Shown here in pieces: positions 31,840 through 39,745 of a stretch of 64,000 nt of DNA. The position numbers and the translations under genes were made by a program. Every line of letters starts with the position of its first letter. Positions within the stretch are counted from its first letter, which is position 1. The stretch is from NCBI GenBank assembly GCA_947494155.1, contig CANLTW010000004.1, forward strand, positions 18,273 to 82,272. The letters run 5' to 3'. The notes below the pieces were generated by a model. The model saw only the letters and a list, made by a program, of their open reading frames with translations, was not told the DNA's origin and made no database searches. The stretch comes from Chlamydiota bacterium. Lineage in GTDB: Bacteria; Chlamydiota; Chlamydiia; Chlamydiales; RGXB01.

Positions 31840-32964
31840 TTATTGATAGCTAATTTCTTTATCAGATACGTAGACAGGGTGGGAGGAATTTTCGTAGAGG
31901 TTTATACAGAAATCGGGGTTTCTAAGATACCACTTCAGAGTTTCGCTTAGCCCCTCTTCCAAGCTGATGATTGGCGACCAGCCCAAAAGTTTTTGAGCCT
32001 TAGTATTTCCGCCAATATGGCAATCTACTTGACCGGGGCGGTCCGAAATTTTCAAAACGGGGTAGTGGGGCTTCTGTAAAATCTCTAAAATCGAATGTAC
32101 GATGGCATTTACAGAGACAGCTTTATTTGTTCCGATATTGATTTCTTGCCCTTTTATTTGTGAAAAATCGGGTTTGTGCAGAGCCATATCGATCGCTCGT
32201 GCTGTATCCAGAGTGTGTACCCAGTCCCTAGATTGCTCCCCGCTTCCGTGGATTTTTATGGGTTTATTGAGAATGATGGAGGCGATAATACGAGGAATCA
32301 ATTTTTCTACATGCTGGTTTGGACCATAGTTATTAAAGGGTCGAAGGATGACTACCGGCAAATCGTAGGTGCAGTAGTAGGAGTATACAAGGCGATCTGC
32401 TCCGGCTTTGGCAGCGGCATACGGGCTTCGTGGATTTAAGGGATGATCCTCATTCATCGGTTGCGTTTCAGCCGTTCCATAAACTTCAGAGGTGGAAATA
32501 TGGATAAACCGCTCCACCTTCTCCCGATTTTTATTAAGGGCTACAAGTAAAGAGCGTGTCCCTAAAATGTCGGTTTCCAGAAATTTAGCGTCTGATACGA
32601 TGCTCCTTGTGACATGAGATTCTGCAGCAAAATGGACCACATAATCGCTTTGCCCCATAAGAGAATTAACGATATCAAAGTCGTTAATATTAGCATGCAC
32701 GAATGTAAAGCGGTCTGCGCTGCGGATTTCTTGGGAGATATTCTCTAACGATCCTGCATAGGTTAAGGCATCTAATACAATAAATCGGTATTCGGGATAC
32801 TTATCGTACATGTATTGTAAAAAGTTGCTGCCGATAAATCCTGCCGCTCCAGTAATAAGAACAGTTTTATTATTCTCATTAGAGGATTCATCAGCTGAAA
32901 AAAGTGGGTTTATGGAAAAAAACCCTATTAGGGTGATTCTTAGGATAAATTTTGAGAAGTTCAA
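31840..32964 (-). CDS. NDP-glucose 4,6-dehydratase (RmlB-like) with signal-peptide-like N-terminus
   Basis: ITGAAGFIGSN, DALTYAGS, HFAAESHV, NPRSPYAAAK, NNYGP. The TTG start has a GAGG SD. Confidence 0.88.
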   Translation of the reverse strand: MNFSKFILRITLIGFFSINPLFSADESSNENNKTVLITGAAGFIGSNFLQYMYDKYPEYRFIVLDALTYAGSLENISQEIRSADRFTFVHANINDFDIVNSLMGQSDYVVHFAAESHVTRSIVSDAKFLETDILGTRSLLVALNKNREKVERFIHISTSEVYGTAETQPMNEDHPLNPRSPYAAAKAGADRLVYSYYCTYDLPVVILRPFNNYGPNQHVEKLIPRIIASIILNKPIKIHGSGEQSRDWVHTLDTARAIDMALHKPDFSQIKGQEINIGTNKAVSVNAIVHSILEILQKPHYPVLKISDRPGQVDCHIGGNTKAQKLLGWSPIISLEEGLSETLKWYLRNPDFCINLYENSSHPVYVSDKEISYQ

Positions 32965-33059
32965 TTTGGTGCCTCTAATTGTTATAATGTTTCAGAACCT
33001 AGGGAAAAGAAAAACTTAAAATAACTATTTCGGTCTTTCTAATTCAATTTTTTTATTTC

Positions 33060-35138
33060 TCAAACTAGCTGTGGATATCTTTTTTCTAAAATCGCCATAA
33101 CCAGATTTAGTTCCTGGTCGATATTTTCCATGAAAGCGGCAAAAACTCCCTTAAAAGATATGTCCCAATCCAGTATCAGAGGGTGGCTCATAAACTCCTG
33201 GATTTCGCGAAGGAATCGATCGACCTTTTCGAGCGTTTTTTTCCGTTCGACAGCAGGCAAGTTTTCAAAATAGTCGTTTTTTGGATTTGTAAAGTCATAT
33301 TTAGATAAAAGAGCCCTCTCTTTTGCAGCAATTTTTGCAAAAAATAGCCTATGCTTCCCCTCAAGAAGCTCTATTTTACAATCGCTACGCACATGAGTAA
33401 GAAGATGAATCCATTCAGCGGATGTATCTCCGATCTCTATCGCTTCCAGTTCTTTGATCTCAAGAAAAGGGAGTAGAGCCGCTTTTTGGATTGGTTCCAA
33501 AAAGGGATATAAACCTAAAAGCGACTTCCTCGTTTCCAGGGAATTCCAATAATAAAAGAGACCTAATGCATACTCTTCTCTCTCTTCAGTCAGATAACTG
33601 ACAGCTTCTCGAACATCAAAAAGGTAATACGCTGTTGATTTGGAAATTTTTAAAGGTTTCCCCGATTTGGGGTTTTTGATAACCCCCCGGTCGGTGGTAA
33701 CCTCCACGTCTGAAAAATCGGAAATAGAGGATCCAATAGACCTTTTTTCCTCCTCAGGTGGTTCTAAAAAAGCCTGTGTTGTAGAGATTTTACTCGCCTG
33801 GGAAAAGATACTTTTTAGAAGAAACTGCACTTTTTCATCAAAAGCCCTTTTTTCCAATGGGTTAATTTGCCCCCCACAGAAGCGTATTAGGAGGTGTTTG
33901 TTATCAGGAGATAAAAAAGAGTAGCTGCTTAAAAAAAAGGGGGCAAGTTCAAAAAGGTGTTCTCTTCTAAAGAGGCGATTGGTAAAAGCAAACAGATCGA
34001 GTGCCGATTCTTTTAAAAGAAGTTTTGAAAGCTCTTTTGAGGTGCTTAACTCATACAGAAATGCCTCGGGCTCCTTTAGGCGTAGGCAGTTTTCGAGCGC
34101 TCTTTGAATGGAGGGGGAATCTCGATGGAAAATCCCCTCAATCAGATCGACAAAAAGTTTATGCATCGTTCCGATTAGGCGAATATCTACGCCATACGTA
34201 TTTACCCCTTTTCGCTCGTCTTTATCTTGAATCAACAGGAATCGGATGATGTTACACATAGAGGTATCTCTATAGAGGAGACTTAACGCACGAGAATTAA
34301 GATCAGAAAACGAAAACCCTTCGATCTCGCTCAAGGCATCTAAAATCATGCAAAAAGGGTCTGACAGAAAATGGTAATAGAGGGAAATTTTACCGCTTTT
34401 TAGCGGTTTCAAAGCGATAAGGGGATTGTCTTGAAGCTTTTGGTGAACGTATTCTTTGGCTTGCCTGTTCTGCTGAAAAAGATCGGCTATAAAATGGGGC
34501 TGACGGATGAAAAAATCGATAAAGGAGTCTTCGATCATAAAGGCCTCCAAAAAGCGGCTTGTATACTGGTTGCAGAAGCGCAGGATATAGTTAAAGCTCT
34601 CGATGATTTCCTGGTCGGTGATAAGGGATGGGTCTGGATCGTTTAAAAGCTGTAAAAGGGGCGCCATTATGGAGCAAATTTTAGGAGGGATATCAAAAAA
34701 TCGGTTGAGAATAGGATCATTCCAGTAGAAAATAGAGTCCAGATCCTGGATGCTGAAGGAGGTTAGGGGATTGAACCCCAGCCTTTTTAAATCCGGATTT
34801 TCAAAAAGGGTGGGATTTGAGCCATAAAGAGTTAAAATAAAGGGTAGGGAAGAGGATTTTTCTTTATCTTTAAGCAAGATGCGCTGCCCCATGAGTTGCG
34901 TAAAAAAAGATCTCGTGTCCATCTGATTTTCAGGAATTTTTGTGATTTTTTTGTGAATAACCAGATCCTCCAAAGGCTCGTATGCTCTTTGCTGTTGTGC
35001 TAAGGGTTTGAATATCTCTAAAAGACTTTCCAAATTGTGTTGAGAAACCGCTTCGCAATCTATTGGGTGAATGGGTTGTGATGTCGGAATGGATGGTGTG
35101 CTCATTAAGAAACCTTTGTTTTTTAGCGGCAAACACAT
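33060..35138 (-). CDS. Large helical hypothetical protein, possible secreted effector
   Basis: 692-aa ORF; likely start at MSTPSIPTSQP (Ser/Thr/Pro-rich); Leu/Phe-rich amphipathic sequence with no recognised domain. Confidence 0.75.
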   Translation of the reverse strand: MCLPLKNKGFLMSTPSIPTSQPIHPIDCEAVSQHNLESLLEIFKPLAQQQRAYEPLEDLVIHKKITKIPENQMDTRSFFTQLMGQRILLKDKEKSSSLPFILTLYGSNPTLFENPDLKRLGFNPLTSFSIQDLDSIFYWNDPILNRFFDIPPKICSIMAPLLQLLNDPDPSLITDQEIIESFNYILRFCNQYTSRFLEAFMIEDSFIDFFIRQPHFIADLFQQNRQAKEYVHQKLQDNPLIALKPLKSGKISLYYHFLSDPFCMILDALSEIEGFSFSDLNSRALSLLYRDTSMCNIIRFLLIQDKDERKGVNTYGVDIRLIGTMHKLFVDLIEGIFHRDSPSIQRALENCLRLKEPEAFLYELSTSKELSKLLLKESALDLFAFTNRLFRREHLFELAPFFLSSYSFLSPDNKHLLIRFCGGQINPLEKRAFDEKVQFLLKSIFSQASKISTTQAFLEPPEEEKRSIGSSISDFSDVEVTTDRGVIKNPKSGKPLKISKSTAYYLFDVREAVSYLTEEREEYALGLFYYWNSLETRKSLLGLYPFLEPIQKAALLPFLEIKELEAIEIGDTSAEWIHLLTHVRSDCKIELLEGKHRLFFAKIAAKERALLSKYDFTNPKNDYFENLPAVERKKTLEKVDRFLREIQEFMSHPLILDWDISFKGVFAAFMENIDQELNLVMAILEKRYPQLV

Positions 35139-35301
35139 TAAGAAATACTAGAAACGAAATCAAGGAGTTTTAAAATAATTCTATTTATAAAATCTGATGG
35201 GGAGGTGTAAGGTATATGACGAACTGCAGTTTCTACTTGGCTTAGTTGATTCATAAGTGCTTTTTTAGGTACCCTTCTAGTTACCAAATGGGTGTCTTAG
35301 A

Positions 35302-35739
35302 TTGAAGAAAGTGATTTTAGCAATAGTTCTCCTTTTGAGCAGTTGTCAAAAGCAGCAAATAGAGGTGGAGCATTTTGCAGTGAGTAAAAAAAATCTCCCC
35401 TCAACATTCACCCTTTCACCCGATCCTCAACAGGAAGAGGGGTATTTTGGGGAAATTTTTTTGATCCATTACACTCTTACTGACGAGCAACTGGGGTCAA
35501 AAACTCCTGTCATTGCCCAATTTTTGCTTGAAGATCTTCAGGAATTTCAAACCGAATTCATCCCAACCCAAAAAAGGGGCTTCGAGCGGTTAGAGTGGAT
35601 CAATGAGTCGTTTCAAAAGCATGGAGCTGTGATTGGCTATCAGGTCTGTTACCAGGACTTTTGTTTGAAAAGCCCCCTTTTCAGAAAAATGATCGAAGTT
35701 GATCATAAAAGGCTCGCCAAAGAAAAAAATGGGAAATAA
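35302..35739 (+). CDS. Lipoprotein, likely homolog of the chlamydial gene between atpK and valS
   Basis: Lipobox LLSSC; LPSTF..SPDP motif; syntenic position. Confidence 0.7.
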   Translation: MKKVILAIVLLLSSCQKQQIEVEHFAVSKKNLPSTFTLSPDPQQEEGYFGEIFLIHYTLTDEQLGSKTPVIAQFLLEDLQEFQTEFIPTQKRGFERLEWINESFQKHGAVIGYQVCYQDFCLKSPLFRKMIEVDHKRLAKEKNGK

Positions 35740-35776
35740 AGGACAAAAGAGGGGAGTGGAGACTAACTGAGAGGTT

Positions 35777-36799
35777 TCAGCGACGAATAAAACACTCTAA
35801 AAAGTTAGAAAGTCCTATGCACGGATCGGTTATAGAAAGGCCCCCTTTTGCGTCCTTGCTAAAGGGTTGGTTTCCCTCTTCTAAATGACACTCGGCCATA
35901 AGACCATGGATAGGGGCTGTTTCGTCGAAAAGGTACGTCTGAAAAAGTTTTTTTTGTCGCTCAGGGTCTTTAAAAGAGTTTTGGTGCGCACAGTCGATAA
36001 AGATCTTAGAATTCAACCCCCTTTTTTGGATCGCCAAAAATCCATGAGAAAGAAGATCCAGGTTCGGACCTTTAAAACCTCCCCTTAGCATCATGTGTGT
36101 TTCCAAGTTTTGTCCAAAAACTAATTGGGGTCCGTAAGGGCCCATCTTGGGGGACCAAAGCCCTTTTTGAGCCATATATAAAGCATCGATTGCCCCCTCC
36201 AGGCTGCCATCGATGCCGTTCTTAAAAACTACAGGGAGTTTAAGGGATGCGGCTAGCTGGCGATGGGTTTGAGAATAGACCGTTCTTGCACCGATCATTC
36301 CGACAGTCACAAGATCTTCCACGTAGGGGGCTAAAAAGGGGTCGATGAACTCATAGCTCAAATTTAGACCCATATCCACCAGCTCAACCATGAATCTTCG
36401 ACCATATTCGATCCCTTTTTCAATAGCGCACTCCCCATTCAGATCCGGATCCATTAAGAAGCCGCGCCAGAAATGGTTTGAGCGGGGTTTTTCCAGATGA
36501 CAACGGTATAAAAAAAAGAATTCAGGAAATTCTTGTTGCAGATCGTTTATTTTTTTTCCAAGGAGAAGATCGGATGGCAAATGATGGATGGAACAGGGTC
36601 CTACAAAAAGGGCTTTTTTATAACTGTCAAACTGTTGGAACTTTCTCCTGGAATCCAGAACTTTTTTTCTAGTCTCCAAAGAGAGGGGGTAAAGCTTTTG
36701 TACCTGAGCTGGGGTAGGAAGGTCTCTTGGATGGAACATGAGCGAGTTTTCCAGATTAATTTTTATTTCACTTTTCGAACATTTTTCTAAAAAATTCAA
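35777..36799 (-). CDS. 3-deoxy-7-phosphoheptulonate (DAHP) synthase, class I-alpha-like
   Basis: VGPCSIH, EKPRS, IGART, FKNG, DCAHQNS, SITDPCIG. The start may be ~20 codons later at MFHP. Confidence 0.88.
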   Translation of the reverse strand: MNFLEKCSKSEIKINLENSLMFHPRDLPTPAQVQKLYPLSLETRKKVLDSRRKFQQFDSYKKALFVGPCSIHHLPSDLLLGKKINDLQQEFPEFFFLYRCHLEKPRSNHFWRGFLMDPDLNGECAIEKGIEYGRRFMVELVDMGLNLSYEFIDPFLAPYVEDLVTVGMIGARTVYSQTHRQLAASLKLPVVFKNGIDGSLEGAIDALYMAQKGLWSPKMGPYGPQLVFGQNLETHMMLRGGFKGPNLDLLSHGFLAIQKRGLNSKIFIDCAHQNSFKDPERQKKLFQTYLFDETAPIHGLMAECHLEEGNQPFSKDAKGGLSITDPCIGLSNFLECFIRR

Positions 36800-36840
36800 T
36801 AGATTGGAGGAGCTTTTTTTTTAAAACTCCTCCAATTTCA

Positions 36841-39603
36841 TCAGTTAGAGGTTAAGTGCAGCAATTTTTCGTGCTGGATTTTGAGTTGCATTCTCTGTTC
36901 AAAAAGGGTTTTAAACTGTTTTTGGGTTGACTCTAGGAGAGGTTGAGGGGCCTTTGCAACAAATTCCTGATTCTCTAGCCGCTCTTTCAGCCCTTTCATA
37001 TTTTTTTCAACTAATTCGAGTTGCTTTTCAATCCTGATGCACTCTTTAAAAAGCATCTCCTTTGGCAGAGGGATGAATAGTGTGGCACAAGGAAAGCTCA
37101 TTTTTGTCCCGAAATCCCCCTCATCGATCTTTTCGACGAATTGAAACATGCTTTTTGTTAAGGTCTCCATCACCTCTATAGCATTGAGGGGAGTTTTTCC
37201 CCTCTCGTGGTGATTCAAGACATGAACATGCATAACAGACCCAAGAGGGATCTGCATTTCGGCACGCACATTCCGTATTTTTTGCACCCAATCGAGCGCC
37301 TCTTCAAAATGGCTCACCTCGTGGATATTTGGATCAAAAGCTCTCTGTTTAAGCGCTAAAAGGGGGCTTAACTCTTTAATTTGGCTACGAATGTGCTGGT
37401 AAATTTCTTCTGTAATAAACGGGATAAAAGGGTGCAAGATCTCCAATGAGCGCAGTAGCACATGGAGTAAAACCCCGCGCGTTGTCTCAAAATCTTGTGC
37501 ATTCCCCCTTTTTTTAAATAAAATAGGTTTTACAGCTTCTAAATAGACTGCGCAAAAGTCATCCCAAAAAAAGCGATAGACGCGCTGCGCTGCTTCATTG
37601 ATGAAGTAGCGGTCGATGAACTGATCTATCTCTACAGAGGTTTGTCTTAACCGCTCCAAAATCCACTTGTCCGCTTCGCTTAGTAGATCATGGACAAGAT
37701 TCGGGATCGAATCGAGGTTATCAAGATGGGGTAGGGTAAAGCGGAAAGCATTCCAAATTTTGTTTATAAAATTACGCCCCTCCTCAAAACGTCGTAAATC
37801 AAGATCAATTTGCCGCGAATGGGAGACTAAAGAGAGGAGGGTAAAGCGGACTGCATCCACCCCATACGTATCGATCATCTCGATGGGATCAATAACATTC
37901 CCCTTCGATTTTGACATCTTTTCCCATTTAAATTGAACCCCTTTGGGGAGTTTTTCCGCCAATTCCAGCTGCTTTCTCTCCTCCTGCGATACATACTCAA
38001 TATGTCCAGAGTCCTTTTCTCTCCAAAAGGATTTTGCATAAATCAGCCCGTGGAGGAAAACCTTTTTAAACGGTGGCGTTTGGACCGCTACCTCGGACAT
38101 AAGAATCATCCTGGCAACCCAGAAAAAGAGAATGTCATGACCGGTAACCAACACAGAGGTGGGGAAAAATGTTTTAAAGTCCTGGCTATTTTCCACCCAG
38201 TTTGTGCAACTTAAAGGCCATAAAGCGCTTGAGAACCAGGTATCCAATACATCGGGGTCTTTTTGGTACCTTTCGGGATTCGCTTCCACCTCAGGGGGGA
38301 GGCCGTTTTCAGCAAAACAAATGACACGCTCCTCATCCTCTTTGTCATACCAGATAGGGATTGGGTGCCCCCACCAAAGCTGTCTGGAGATGCACCAGTC
38401 CTGGAGATTGTCTATCCAATGGTGGTAAGTCCGCTCCCACTCTTGAGGTATAATTTCAACCTCTTTGTTGTCGACGATCGCATTCAACTTCTCTTTGAAA
38501 ATGCGCATGTTAACAAACCATTGCTTAGATAGAAAAGGCTCAATTACCGCTTTTGAACGGTAGGAGATGCCGACGCGGTGGGTATGCTTTTCCATTTTTA
38601 CCAGGCACCCCTCTTTCTGCATCGCTTCGACGATTTTTTGGCGTGCCTCGAGCATCTTGAGGCCGCTAAAAGGGGCATGGCCCTCAATCACACAGCCCCC
38701 AGAGGTCATCATGTTGATCGCTTCAAGCCCCAAACGTTTGGCGCAGGCGTAATCGTTTGGATCATGCCCGGGGGTAATCTTCACCGCCCCAGTGCCGAAT
38801 TCGGGGTCGACAAAATGGTCTAAAACGATCGGCAAATCGATTTTTCGTAAAGGGTGGAAGAAAGTTTTGTTGTGGTAAGAGGTGTATTTCTCATCTTTTG
38901 GGTGCACAGCAATCGCAACATCAGCAAGCATCGTCTCGGGGCGAGTCGTTGCCACCTGGATAAAACCCGATTGATCGCTTAAGCGAAACTGGAATGTGTA
39001 GAGGCTACCCTCTTTTTCTTCAAACTCCACCTCATCATCTGCAAGGGCGGTTTCGCTAACCGGATCCCAGTTGACCAGGTAAAGTCCGCGGTAAATCAGC
39101 CCTTGATCAAAAAGTTTTTTGAACATTGTGTTAACGGTTTTCGAGCAGACTTCATCAAGCGTGAACCGCTGCCTGGACCAATCGCAAGAGGAGCCTAAAC
39201 GTTTGAATTGGGATAGAATTTTTTTCTCGTAATCCTCTTTCCAGGCAAAAGCGTAATGAAGAAACTCCTCTTTTGTCATATCGGTACGCCGCTTATTTTC
39301 TTTTGCAAGAAGCATCCGTTCCACGACGGTTTGCGTTGCAATTCCTGCATGATCGGTCCCAGGGTACCAGACAGCATTGTATCCATGCATCCTGTGATAG
39401 CGCACCAAAAGGTCCTGGACACTGGCATCCAGAGCGTGCCCCATGTGTAATTGCCCAGTGACATTGGGTGGGGGAATCACAATCGAAAAGGGGGGTTTTT
39501 TGCTATTTTGGTCTGCGATAAACGCACCACTCCAAAGAGGTGCAATTAGAGTTTCGTTCGCTTTAGGGTCAAATGTTTTAGGCAGTTCTTCCATAGGGTT
39601 CAT
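36841..39603 (-). CDS. valS: Valine--tRNA ligase
   Basis: PPPNVTGQLHMGHAL (HIGH), DWCISRQLWWGH, KMSKS, C-terminal coiled coil. Confidence 0.99.
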   Translation of the reverse strand: MNPMEELPKTFDPKANETLIAPLWSGAFIADQNSKKPPFSIVIPPPNVTGQLHMGHALDASVQDLLVRYHRMHGYNAVWYPGTDHAGIATQTVVERMLLAKENKRRTDMTKEEFLHYAFAWKEDYEKKILSQFKRLGSSCDWSRQRFTLDEVCSKTVNTMFKKLFDQGLIYRGLYLVNWDPVSETALADDEVEFEEKEGSLYTFQFRLSDQSGFIQVATTRPETMLADVAIAVHPKDEKYTSYHNKTFFHPLRKIDLPIVLDHFVDPEFGTGAVKITPGHDPNDYACAKRLGLEAINMMTSGGCVIEGHAPFSGLKMLEARQKIVEAMQKEGCLVKMEKHTHRVGISYRSKAVIEPFLSKQWFVNMRIFKEKLNAIVDNKEVEIIPQEWERTYHHWIDNLQDWCISRQLWWGHPIPIWYDKEDEERVICFAENGLPPEVEANPERYQKDPDVLDTWFSSALWPLSCTNWVENSQDFKTFFPTSVLVTGHDILFFWVARMILMSEVAVQTPPFKKVFLHGLIYAKSFWREKDSGHIEYVSQEERKQLELAEKLPKGVQFKWEKMSKSKGNVIDPIEMIDTYGVDAVRFTLLSLVSHSRQIDLDLRRFEEGRNFINKIWNAFRFTLPHLDNLDSIPNLVHDLLSEADKWILERLRQTSVEIDQFIDRYFINEAAQRVYRFFWDDFCAVYLEAVKPILFKKRGNAQDFETTRGVLLHVLLRSLEILHPFIPFITEEIYQHIRSQIKELSPLLALKQRAFDPNIHEVSHFEEALDWVQKIRNVRAEMQIPLGSVMHVHVLNHHERGKTPLNAIEVMETLTKSMFQFVEKIDEGDFGTKMSFPCATLFIPLPKEMLFKECIRIEKQLELVEKNMKGLKERLENQEFVAKAPQPLLESTQKQFKTLFEQRMQLKIQHEKLLHLTSN

Positions 39604-39745
39604 AGGGTAGCATAGATCAGATTTTGTTTAAAACCCTCTTGATGTTTGAAACGAATATCTTGGGGCATTTAAGAAAAAAGGGGAAAAACTCATCGAAGGA
39701 GAAAAAAAAGGTGATTTCATAAAACTGATTACATAAACTATTTGG

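Noticed and set aside
26108..35138. Integrative or mobile element explaining the accessory block
   Set aside because: No integrase, transposase, tRNA att site or terminal repeats seen, and the block contains housekeeping fumC
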